DNA of 64,000 bases from an uncultured Acidobacteriaceae bacterium (GTDB taxonomy: Bacteria; Acidobacteriota; Terriglobia; Terriglobales; Acidobacteriaceae): positions 912,684 to 976,683 of the forward strand of contig CAWHBX010000002.1 in NCBI GenBank assembly GCA_963827765.1. Reading direction: 5' to 3'. Positions 46,674 through 57,376 of the stretch are shown here, piece after piece. The notes under the pieces are model-generated. The model was not told the DNA's origin. It was given only the letters and a program-made list of their open reading frames with translations, and did no database searches. Position numbers and translations under genes: made by a program. The stretch's first letter is position 1, and each line of letters opens with the position of its first letter.

Positions 46674-46746
46674 TGTCATCCCGAACGAAGTGAGGGATCT
46701 GTATTTTGCGGCGAACTACAGATCCCTCACTTCGTTCGGGATGACA
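46674..46746. repeat. 73-nt palindromic REP/MITE-like element (same family as 20074-20146), followed by a half copy at 46761-46786
   Basis: The loop sequence ttttgcggcgaactaca is shared with the 20074 copy. The arms differ by a few substitutions that are mirrored in both arms. Confidence 0.85.
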
Positions 46747-46797
46747 ATTCATAAAAAGCAGGTCCTTCGCTACGCTCAGGATGACAATTGAAAAAAG

Positions 46798-48591
46798 CTA
46801 AACTTCGGCAAGTTCCTCTTCCAATAACTGCTTGTTATAGAGGTCGGTGTAATAACCGTTGCGGGCGATGAGTTGGTCGTGGGTGCCGAGCTCGACGATG
46901 CGTCCCTGGTGGAGGACGGCGATGCGGTCGGCGTTGCGCACCGTGGACACGCGATGAGAGATGAAGATGGTAGTGCGTCCGCGCATGATTTCGCGGAGAT
47001 GGTTGAGGATTTTGTCTTCAGTGTGGGTATCCACGCTGGAGAGCGCGTCGTCGAGGATGAGGATGCGCGGGCTGCGGAGCAGGGCGCGGGCAATGGCGGT
47101 GCGCTGCTTCTGGCCTCCGGAGAGCGTGATACCACGTTCGCCGACCGTGGTGCTGAAGCCTTCGGGGAAACTTTCAATGTCGTTGGCAATGTTGGCGGCT
47201 TCGGCGGCGGCTTTGATGTCGTCGAGCGCGGCCTCGCCATCTTCATGCGCTATGCCGAAGGCGATGTTTTCGCGGATGGTGTCGCTGAAGAGAAATGTTT
47301 CCTGGGGAACGAATCCGATGTTGCGGCGCAGGGCATCGAGAGGAAACTGGCGGATGGGGCGGCCGTCGATGAGGACGGCACCCGGCTCGGCGTCATAGAT
47401 GCGCGGGATCAGATTGACCAGCGTCGTCTTGCCGGAGCCGGTGGGGCCGACGATGGCCAGGCTGGAGCCGGCGGGAATGCGCAGGTTGATGTCTTTGAGA
47501 ACGGATGTTCCGTTGTAAGCGAAGTTGAGATTGCAGAATTCGATTTCGCCGAGGAGATCGGGTGATCGGAAGGTATGGTTTTCTGATGGCCCGATGGCCC
47601 GATCACCCGATGACCCGATCTCATTGGCGATCTCGGGCTGCTCGGAAAAAATTTCGTCAATGCGCGCCATGGACGCGGTCCCGCGTTGGAAGATGTTGAC
47701 GACCCATCCGAGAGCGATGACCGGCCAAGTGAGTTGAATCATGTAGGTGTTGAAAGTAACGAACTTGCCGACGGAGATCTTTCCTAGCAGGACTTCTCGT
47801 CCTCCGAGCCACAGCACGATGACGACCGCCGCGCCCAGCATAAGTTCCAGCGTGGGCCAGAGCATTCCCATCAGACGGACCAGTCCGAGACTGCGGCGGA
47901 TGTATTCCTGATTGGCGCCCTCGAAGGCGGCGATCTCGGCCTGTTCCTGCACATAGGCGCGAATGACGCGGGCTCCAGAAAAATTTTCCTGGGCGCGGGC
48001 CGAGATGTCGGAGAACATGGCCTGAATGCGCTCGAAGCGCTCGTGAATGCGGCGTCCGAAATACTGGATGGCGATGCTCGCGATGGGCAGCGGCAGAAAG
48101 GCGTAGAGGGTGAGCTTGGGGCTGATGGCGAGCATGAAGCCCAGCGCACCGGCGGTGAAGACGATGGTGTTGGCCGAGTACATGATGGCGGGGCCGAGCA
48201 GCATCCGCACAGCGTTGAGGTCGTTGGTGGCGCGCGCCATAATATCGCCAGTGCGGTTGCGCTGATAGTAGGAGAAAGACAGGCGCTCGAGGTGCGCGAA
48301 CAAGTCGTTACGCAGATCGAACTCGATATCGCGGGAGATGCCGATGACCACCCAACGCGTCAGGAACTGGAAGATGCCCTTGGCCAGCGCGATGGCGATA
48401 ATGAGCAGCGCGTAGGTGAGAAGTTTCTGGCGAGTCACGCCGTGACGCAGAGCGTCCACCGCACGGCCGATCACCTGCGGAAAGAGTATCCAGATTCCGT
48501 TATTGAGTAAAACGCAGATCCCGCCCCAGACGAGACCGCCGCGATAGCGTTTCAGATAAGGAACGAGGGGGCGTAGGTTCTTCGGCACCAT
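46798..48591 (-). CDS. ABC exporter, fused permease/ATPase (MsbA-like type I exporter)
   Basis: Six-TM N-domain. Walker A GPTGSGKTT, signature LSGGQKQR, Walker B ILILDDA. Confidence 0.9.
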   Translation of the reverse strand: MVPKNLRPLVPYLKRYRGGLVWGGICVLLNNGIWILFPQVIGRAVDALRHGVTRQKLLTYALLIIAIALAKGIFQFLTRWVVIGISRDIEFDLRNDLFAHLERLSFSYYQRNRTGDIMARATNDLNAVRMLLGPAIMYSANTIVFTAGALGFMLAISPKLTLYAFLPLPIASIAIQYFGRRIHERFERIQAMFSDISARAQENFSGARVIRAYVQEQAEIAAFEGANQEYIRRSLGLVRLMGMLWPTLELMLGAAVVIVLWLGGREVLLGKISVGKFVTFNTYMIQLTWPVIALGWVVNIFQRGTASMARIDEIFSEQPEIANEIGSSGDRAIGPSENHTFRSPDLLGEIEFCNLNFAYNGTSVLKDINLRIPAGSSLAIVGPTGSGKTTLVNLIPRIYDAEPGAVLIDGRPIRQFPLDALRRNIGFVPQETFLFSDTIRENIAFGIAHEDGEAALDDIKAAAEAANIANDIESFPEGFSTTVGERGITLSGGQKQRTAIARALLRSPRILILDDALSSVDTHTEDKILNHLREIMRGRTTIFISHRVSTVRNADRIAVLHQGRIVELGTHDQLIARNGYYTDLYNKQLLEEELAEV

Positions 48592-48734
48592 TATTCTTTG
48601 TAGATGAAATTGTAGCAGCGCCGGGTGCGAATTTTCGGAGCGTCGTTGGGCAAGGGCCGATGAAAAAGCCGGGCGAGGACGGAGGTCCCGTTCCTCACCC
48701 GGATGGGAGAAAGTCAGAGAGTCAATGAGAAAAG

Positions 48735-49193
48735 TTAGTCCTCTGGCGGCGCAGGTGGCGCGTGCTTGCTCCAGCGTGCCGCGCGATTGGCCTCGATCTG
48801 GGCCAGCTTGGCTTTTTGATCGGCGGTCAGGATTTGCATGATTTGAGATTTGATGCGGGCATGCTCAACCTGGAGTTCGACCATCGTCTGCGAGTTTTGC
48901 GTGGCCAAGGCGCGCGTCTTGGCTTCATCAAATGGGCCACTCGTCTCAAGCGCCTTCATGGCCTCGTGGTTCTGGCGCATCTGCTCCATCAGTGGCTTCA
49001 TGGCCGGCTTTTCTTTTTCAAAGATCGCCTTGACTTGGTCGTGTTGCGCGCTGGTTAGATCGAGTTGATTGAGCATGTGGCGGAAGTCGCCGCCGGGGCC
49101 ACCGTGACCGTGCATGCCTTGAGCAATCGCGGCTGCCACGGCCAGCATTACAGCGGCGCCGATGGTGAGAATACGGATATGTGTCGATTTCAT
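48735..49193 (-). CDS. Periplasmic Spy/CpxP family (LTXXQ motif) protein
   Basis: Start at MKSTHIRIL with an aaaggag SD. Signal peptide present. LDLTSAQHDQV and LTADQKAKL are LTXXQ-like motifs. Confidence 0.7.
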   Translation of the reverse strand: MKSTHIRILTIGAAVMLAVAAAIAQGMHGHGGPGGDFRHMLNQLDLTSAQHDQVKAIFEKEKPAMKPLMEQMRQNHEAMKALETSGPFDEAKTRALATQNSQTMVELQVEHARIKSQIMQILTADQKAKLAQIEANRAARWSKHAPPAPPED

Positions 49194-49749
49194 TGGAAGC
49201 TCCTTTTGACCTGCTTGGTCTCGTAGGGTTCGGGAGGCAGCCCGAACATCTATGCTGATAAGAACACTATTTTCGAAAATATTGAGTAAAGAGTCGGTCA
49301 AGCGCGGTAAAGTTTTGTAAACGCGGAAAGACGCACTTGGCTTTTGGCCTTCAGCTAAAAGCTAATGGTTATCACCTGGATCCGGCGCATTCCGGCCGCG
49401 TGCCGGGACACAAAACCCGCGGTTGACGGCCTTGGGGGCCAGGGTGTGCAACTCCGACAAATTCCCAGCCTGCGATTAGGAATTTGCGAGAATGCAATAT
49501 CCGCCTCGTAACATCGGAATCGCCTGTAATCATGCCGGTTATCTTCGATCTCGACAGCACCGTGGTTGCCGTCTCCGCCTACGTCGGGTCTACGCGGCTG
49601 ATTGACGATGTTGTGCTGAGGCCGTGAATCGGGATAGCTGGGGAGATCGTCTGTTTATTGAACCGGAGGAGGAACAGATGTCTCCAGGCGGCGAAATCGC
49701 CGAAATGTTTTCGTGGACTCCGCGGCCCGAATGATTCCATACTCGAACC

Positions 49750-52326
49750 ATGCAAGGGTGGGGCGCATTCGTGAAATGGGCACTCGGGTTGGCGCTGGCG
49801 GCGGCGTGGGTGATGCCGTCTCGCGCACAGACGCTTTCGTCTTTTTCGCAGGCCGCCGCTTCCGAGCGCGTTTCTCCGGAGCACCGTGCCGCGGGGCAGC
49901 AGCTTGCGGTCGCCGTCACGGACGAAAACGGAGTGGCGGTCATGTCCGCTCGCGTGCAGTTGCAAGCGCCCCCGCCTGCCATGCCACTGCGCTCGGAAAC
50001 CGATTTCGCAGGGCATTGTGAATTTACAAATTTGTCCAGGGGAACCTACGAACTGCGCGTGGAGAAGACCGGTTACTACGCGCTGGTTCAGCCCGATGTA
50101 CAAGTCGGCGTCACTGCTAATGTGGACGTGACTCTTTCCCATCAGCAAGAGGTGCGGGAAGTGGTGAACGTGGTGGAATCCTCGCTGGCCATAGACCCGG
50201 CGCAGGTCTCCACCAGGGAGGAACTCAGCGGCGCGGAGATTGTTGATATTCCCTACCCCGCAACGCACGATTACCGCAACGCCTTGGCATTCATCCCCGG
50301 AATCACGCCCGATGCTTTTGGCCAGGCGCATGTGGCGGGCGCTGAGACCTATCAAACGCTGGTTTTGCTGGATGGTTTCAACGTGGGCCAGCCGACGAAC
50401 GGCGCGCTGGCAGTACGGACCAGCGTTGAGTCATTCCGCTCCATAGAAGTGACACCAGGCCGCGAATCGGCCGAGTTTGGCAAGGGCTCCGGCGGTGTGC
50501 TCGGTTTGAACACGCGCATGGGGGATGATCGCTTCCGGTTTACCTCGACGGATTTCGTTCCCGGGCTACAGAGCGTCAAAGGGATCTCGATCGGCGAATG
50601 GACGCCCATTTATACGATGTCTGGGCCGATTCGCAAGGGGAAGATGTGGTTTATCGACGCGCTCGATGGCGAATACGACAACACCATTATTCGGCAACTG
50701 CCATCCGGTTCCGATACCGACCACCTCTGGCGCGTGGACAATCTGGCAAAGTTGCAGTCTAACCTGACCGCCCGCAACATCGTGACGGCCAGCTTCCTGT
50801 CGAATTACTACCACGATCAATACGCCGGACTGTCGGCTCTCCAGCCGCAGCCGACCACCCCCACGGATGCCGAAACTGCCTATATTGGGTCGCTCAAAGA
50901 CCAATACTATTTCCGCGGCGGGGTGCTGCTCGAAAGTGGATTCGGTGTGGACCAGTACAGCGTGGCGCTCACTCCTCACGGAAATGGCCCGTACATCGAG
51001 ACTACGCAGGGGGCTGCGGGCAACTACTATTTGCACGAGAACACGCTGGCCCGCAGAATGCAGGGCCTGGCGAATCTTTACCTCCTGCCGCATGAGTGGC
51101 ACGGAAGGCACGACATCAAAGTTGGTGCCGACTTGGACCGTTTGAATTATGACGCGCAGTTCCTGCGGCAGCCAATTTCGTTCCTGCTCGCGAATGCGCC
51201 GCCGCAACCGTGTGCTACCGATGCGAATGGGGTTCCTCTGCCGTCAACGACGTGCGTGCGGTATTCGGTGTTTTCTGGCGGCGACTACTCCACAATTCAT
51301 AACTTCGAAACTAGCGCTTACGCCGAAGATCGCTGGCTGGTAACCAATCGTTTGCTCATTGAGCCGGGCGTGCGTTTTGACTGGGATGAAATCGTGCGGA
51401 CGCCGCTGTTCTCGCCCCGGCTGGCGGGCACTTACATCTTCGACGATGAAGGCAATACCAAGTTATCGGCGGGAGTTGGCATCGTCTACGACACAACCAG
51501 TCTGGGCTTGATCCATCAACCGTTCGAGGGCAAAAGACTAGATTACTTTTTTGTAAACGGAATTCTCTCAGCGCCCGTGCCGACCACATTCACGGTGAAT
51601 CGGAATACGCTCGCCGCGCCGCGGTTCTTGAATTGGAGTGTTGGCCTGGAGAAAAAACTGCCCGCTGCCATCTTTCTGAAAGCCGAGTTTCTGGAGAAAC
51701 GCGGCGCGCATGGCTTCGCCTGCAACACGCTGAATGGCGCGGTGGACGGCAACTTTCTCCTGGGCAATGGACGCGACGATCACTATGACGCCTTCCAGAT
51801 CGGCTTGCGCCGCCGCTTTCGCCAGCACTACCAGATCTTCGGCGCCTATACGCGCTCCCGCGCGCGCACCAATCAGGTATTCGATTTCAGTTTGGACATT
51901 CCCCTGCTGAGCCCGCAGTTGCCCGGTCCTTATCCCTGGGATACGCCCAACCGCTTGGTTAGTTGGGGTGTGCTGCCGTTTTTCAAGCTGCCCATGATCC
52001 ACAAGGTGGATCTGGTCTATTCAGCCGAAGCCCGCACCGGCCTGCCTTTCTATGCCACCACCGACCAGGGGGAGATTTCTCCGCTCTATCGTTTCGGGAG
52101 TCTTCGTCTTCCCTCTTACTTTTCCGCAAATCTGCAATTCGAAAAACGCATTCACTTGTTCGGGCGCTATTGGGCCCTGCGCGGAGGCTTCGACAACGTC
52201 ACCAACCACGCCAATGCTTATCTGGCCAACGGCGTCATTGATCCGACCACGCACCCGGTCCCGACTTTCCTGGACGGCAACGGGCGCACCTTCACCGGCC
52301 GCATCCGATACCTGGGACGGCAGTGA
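49750..52326 (+). CDS. TonB-dependent receptor-like outer-membrane protein with an N-terminal carboxypeptidase-regulatory-like domain
   Basis: Signal peptide. VTDENGVAVMSARVQL...NLSRGTYELRVEKTGYY (CarboxypepD_reg-like). Plug-like region and a long beta-barrel. Confidence 0.75.
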   Translation: MQGWGAFVKWALGLALAAAWVMPSRAQTLSSFSQAAASERVSPEHRAAGQQLAVAVTDENGVAVMSARVQLQAPPPAMPLRSETDFAGHCEFTNLSRGTYELRVEKTGYYALVQPDVQVGVTANVDVTLSHQQEVREVVNVVESSLAIDPAQVSTREELSGAEIVDIPYPATHDYRNALAFIPGITPDAFGQAHVAGAETYQTLVLLDGFNVGQPTNGALAVRTSVESFRSIEVTPGRESAEFGKGSGGVLGLNTRMGDDRFRFTSTDFVPGLQSVKGISIGEWTPIYTMSGPIRKGKMWFIDALDGEYDNTIIRQLPSGSDTDHLWRVDNLAKLQSNLTARNIVTASFLSNYYHDQYAGLSALQPQPTTPTDAETAYIGSLKDQYYFRGGVLLESGFGVDQYSVALTPHGNGPYIETTQGAAGNYYLHENTLARRMQGLANLYLLPHEWHGRHDIKVGADLDRLNYDAQFLRQPISFLLANAPPQPCATDANGVPLPSTTCVRYSVFSGGDYSTIHNFETSAYAEDRWLVTNRLLIEPGVRFDWDEIVRTPLFSPRLAGTYIFDDEGNTKLSAGVGIVYDTTSLGLIHQPFEGKRLDYFFVNGILSAPVPTTFTVNRNTLAAPRFLNWSVGLEKKLPAAIFLKAEFLEKRGAHGFACNTLNGAVDGNFLLGNGRDDHYDAFQIGLRRRFRQHYQIFGAYTRSRARTNQVFDFSLDIPLLSPQLPGPYPWDTPNRLVSWGVLPFFKLPMIHKVDLVYSAEARTGLPFYATTDQGEISPLYRFGSLRLPSYFSANLQFEKRIHLFGRYWALRGGFDNVTNHANAYLANGVIDPTTHPVPTFLDGNGRTFTGRIRYLGRQ

Positions 52327-52438
52327 TTCTCAGATATTGAGCACGACTTTTTCTAACGGCGTAATGGTGTTCGATCCTTAAATTGCCAATTACAAATTGC
52401 GGGTAGACCACATCCCCGGCGCGAATCGGAGAACTCAA

Positions 52439-52464
52439 GGAGGGGTGCGCCCCTTCGTTTTTTT
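52439..52464 (+). terminator. Rho-independent terminator after the TonB-dependent receptor gene
   Basis: ggaggggtgcgccccttc stem with a tgcg loop, followed by a T7 run. Confidence 0.7.
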
Positions 52465-52634
52465 GCCGAAACTCAAGAACGACGTGCGCGGGCTGGCCCA
52501 CCCTACCCGTTCTGACTCACGACGGTGGCCCGTCCAACCTCTGCTTGGGCGGGGCCTTTGACTTTTTCATCACAAATCATCTGTGACCACCATCACAGAC
52601 TTAAGCCCCACTGTCCGCGAAAATAGAGATCTGA

Positions 52635-52689
52635 TTGGGGCAGATTTGCGGAGCGTCAGTCACCCAGACGCTCCGCAAACCTGCCCCAA
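52635..52689. repeat. Long near-perfect hairpin (about 22-bp stem)
   Basis: ttggggcagatttgcggagcgtc ...gacgctccgcaaacctgccccaa. Confidence 0.75.
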
Positions 52690-52868
52690 ACCCATTTTCA
52701 GCGCTCTTTGACAACTTAACTCCTTATTCCGGAATACTTTACCTCTAAGTCCTTTAAGCCCAAAGACCTGGCGGGAATTTCTTCCTAAGTCCATGATTCC
52801 AGAAGACCGGGGGGAGGGGGGGTACCCCTCCCCATACTAGTTGGTTAGTAACGTAAGGGTAAATAATT
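52690..52868. repeat. Right inverted-repeat module (partner of 42471-42640, core at 52793-52845)
   Basis: See the left module. Core: atgattccagaagaccggggggagggggggtacccctccccatactagttggt. Confidence 0.7.
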
Positions 52869-52897
52869 GGGTGTCTTCGGCTGAGCTCGTTGAGCCC

Positions 52898-54700
<1,803 letters not shown>

Positions 54701-54762
54701 GGCACCTCCTGTGCGAACAGGAGATTATGACCGATGCGGGAGGATATTGTCAGCGGCCGTTC

Positions 54763-55632
54763 CTACATGCTTCTAGGCGCGGAGCGCAGCGTCTCAATTG
54801 CTGCCTTCACCTTCGCTGAAACTGCCTCCGTGTCGCGCAGCGTCAACCCCGCCGTCGGAATGATTTCCCCAACCCGCATCTCCAGCGGCTGGCACTTGAT
54901 GTGGTAGGTGTTCATGGGCAGCAGGTCGAAGGTGCCGACGAGCGCGATGGGCACGATATCGGCTTGCGCTTTGATCGCCAGAAAGAATGCGCCCGGAAGA
55001 AAAGGTTGTATCTCGCCATCTCGCGTCCGGCCACCTTCGGGAAAGATGACCAGCGGCATGCCGCTGCGCAGGCTCCGCAGCGCCGACTTGATGGAGCCAA
55101 TGGAATCCGCCGGGCGCTGCTGATTGATGCACACTTGCCCCGAACGCTTCAGATGCCAGCCGACGAATGGATACGCCAGCAGTTCGCTCTTGAAAACAAT
55201 GCGAAATTGAAATGGCAAATAGACGTAGAGGATCGGAATGTCGAGCGCCGATGCATGCGTGACCGCATACACGCGCGGCTTGGAGTTGTCGAAGTGGTCG
55301 ATCTCGCCATTCGCGCCCGTGATTCTTACCGGCGAGAAGGTCGTCTTCATGATGAGCCACGACCAGAAGCGGGCAAGATCGTGCTGGATGCGTCCGTCGC
55401 GGTCGAAGAACGAGCAGAGCAGAGAAATCGTGCCTAAAATCAGCGTGTAGGCCCAGATCAGCGGGTCAAGAATGAAATAGGAGCGCAGACGGCTGGGCCA
55501 GCCGTGGCGCTTAAAGGAATGAATTGCAGGCTGCTCAGACCAGCCAGGGACATCCGTCTCCGAGCGCAGTTCGGCCCGCTCTTTTTCCAACTCCGCGGTT
55601 GTGGCGATCTTGTTCAAGGTTTCAAATCTCAA
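54763..55632 (-). CDS. plsC: 1-acyl-sn-glycerol-3-phosphate acyltransferase family protein
   Basis: HASALD (HX4D) and FPEGGRTRDG motifs. Confidence 0.85.
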   Translation of the reverse strand: MRFETLNKIATTAELEKERAELRSETDVPGWSEQPAIHSFKRHGWPSRLRSYFILDPLIWAYTLILGTISLLCSFFDRDGRIQHDLARFWSWLIMKTTFSPVRITGANGEIDHFDNSKPRVYAVTHASALDIPILYVYLPFQFRIVFKSELLAYPFVGWHLKRSGQVCINQQRPADSIGSIKSALRSLRSGMPLVIFPEGGRTRDGEIQPFLPGAFFLAIKAQADIVPIALVGTFDLLPMNTYHIKCQPLEMRVGEIIPTAGLTLRDTEAVSAKVKAAIETLRSAPRSM

Positions 55633-55642
55633 CTCACCAAAC

Positions 55643-55725
55643 TGTCATCCTGAGCGAAGCGAAGGACCTCTGCATTCTGGCGCTGCGAGCAAATGCAGGG
55701 ATCCTTCGCTTCGCTCAGGATGACA
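55643..55725. repeat. Palindromic REP/MITE-like element (tgtcatcctgagcgaagcgaaggac...gatccttcgcttcgctcaggatgaca)
   Basis: Same arm consensus as 20074 and 46674, with a different loop. Confidence 0.8.
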
Positions 55726-55769
55726 ACAAATACTAATGACAATACATACTAGAAACTCTGCATCGCTAC

Positions 55770-57152
55770 TTAGATGCGTACGCCGAGCATCCGCATCGCT
55801 TCTCCCACGATGTAAATCGATCCGGTCACCACGATCAGGCCGCGCGCCCCGGCAACTTTCCGCGCGCGCTCCAAAGCCGAGGCTACATCCTCAGCCTCTT
55901 CGATAGCAACGCCCGCGGCGACACGCGCCGCCGCCTGCCGGATCTCCTCCGGGCCCGCCGAGCGCGGATTGTTGGCGTGGGTCACGATCACGTGCCCGGC
56001 AATCGGAAACAGAATTTCGGTAATTTCCTTCACCGCCTTGTCTCGCATTACGCCAAACACCATGGTGATCTCGCGCCCGTTTCCCAGCGCATTCTTTTCG
56101 GGATTCTGGTAAGCGTCGGAAAGCGTCGCCCGCAAGGCCCAGGCTCCCGCCGGATTGTGCGCGACATCGAACACATATTCGGGATCGTCTCCCTCGGCCG
56201 GCACTACCTGAAAGCGCCCCGGCCAACGCGTTTCGCGGATGCCTCGCGCGATCGTCTCTGGCGTGATCTGATTTATTCCGTGTTCATCAGTGGCCTGCTT
56301 GCGCAGTTCCACCGCCGCCGCAATCGCCAGCCCCAGATTGCGCATCTGATGACGCCCCACCAAAGGCGACTCGACCATGATCGTCTCGCCGCAAACTTCC
56401 AGCGGATACCGTTGCCACAGCCCACTGGCCACTGACCACTGACCGCTGATGGAAGGCACATACGGCACAGCATCCACCGCGCGCGCCCCCAAATCCAAGA
56501 TTGCATTTCCGATCGCGTCGTTGGCCCCGGGTAATTGCGGCAGCGTAATCGCAATCCCGCCACGCCGTAGGATTCCCGCCTTCTCGCGCGCAATCTCGCC
56601 GACCGTTTCGCCCAGATACTTCTGGTGATCGAGCGAAATATCGGTGATGATGCTGAGTAGGGGCTCAACCACGTTGGTCGCATCCAGGCGCCCGCCCATG
56701 CCGACTTCAAGCACAACCATGTCGGGGCGGCTACGGGCGAAATGCTCGAAGGTCATCGCGGTCAGCGTCTCAAAAAAACTTGGGTGCCACGGCAGATCGC
56801 CTTCCCGCACCAGCCGCACGGCGGCCCGGTCAACCACGTCATGGAGCGCCGCGAAATCGTCGCTGCCGATCGCCGTGCCATTGAGGCGAATCCGCTCATT
56901 GATGCGGACCAGATGCGGCGAAGTATAGAGCCCCGTCTTCAGCCCCGAAGCCTGGAGGATGGAGGCGAGCGTGGCGGCCGTCGAACCCTTACCGTTGGTG
57001 CCCGCGACCAATACCGACGGAAAGCGCTTCTCCGGATGCCCCAACGCCGCGAGCAGCACGCGCATGTGCGCCAGATCGAACTTGTGCGCCGGCGTCTGCG
57101 CCAATTCGTGACCCAACGCGTACATCTGCGCAACTGCGGTTTCGTAGGACAA
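55770..57152 (-). CDS. folC: Bifunctional folylpolyglutamate synthase / dihydrofolate synthase
   Basis: VAGTNGKGST P-loop and Mur ligase family layout. TTG start as called by the track. Confidence 0.9.
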   Translation of the reverse strand: MSYETAVAQMYALGHELAQTPAHKFDLAHMRVLLAALGHPEKRFPSVLVAGTNGKGSTAATLASILQASGLKTGLYTSPHLVRINERIRLNGTAIGSDDFAALHDVVDRAAVRLVREGDLPWHPSFFETLTAMTFEHFARSRPDMVVLEVGMGGRLDATNVVEPLLSIITDISLDHQKYLGETVGEIAREKAGILRRGGIAITLPQLPGANDAIGNAILDLGARAVDAVPYVPSISGQWSVASGLWQRYPLEVCGETIMVESPLVGRHQMRNLGLAIAAAVELRKQATDEHGINQITPETIARGIRETRWPGRFQVVPAEGDDPEYVFDVAHNPAGAWALRATLSDAYQNPEKNALGNGREITMVFGVMRDKAVKEITEILFPIAGHVIVTHANNPRSAGPEEIRQAAARVAAGVAIEEAEDVASALERARKVAGARGLIVVTGSIYIVGEAMRMLGVRI

Positions 57153-57154
57153 GG

Positions 57155-57356
57155 GTCGTCGTTTGCTGTTCGTCGTTCGCTATTCGCGGTTCGTCACTGC
57201 GAGTGCATTTAGGGTAGCAAGTCCTGGCAGCGGATTCGACTTACTCTCATCGGACGGCGGCGGATCGAGGTCAAATCGCTTCCCACATGCTCCCGTGCGG
57301 GAAAAGGATGATCCTGCGGTTTTTCGCGAACGGCGAATAGCGAATAGCGAACAGCG
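57155..57356. repeat. Long-range inverted repeat of cgttcgc/gcgaata-type words between accD and folC
   Basis: The arm 57155-57195 is complementary to 57325-57356 (gctgttcgtcgttcgctattcgcggttcg compared with cgaacggcgaatagcgaatagcgaacagc). Confidence 0.65.
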
Positions 57357-57376
57357 TTTTGTGCTCGCGAACGCCT

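Noticed and set aside
52805-52835. G-quadruplex or i-motif potential of the ccggggggagggggggtacccctcccc core
   Set aside because: There are only two long G runs on one strand, and simple Watson-Crick pairing (GGGGAGGGG/CCCCTCCCC) explains the conservation. A G4 cannot be supported from sequence alone.
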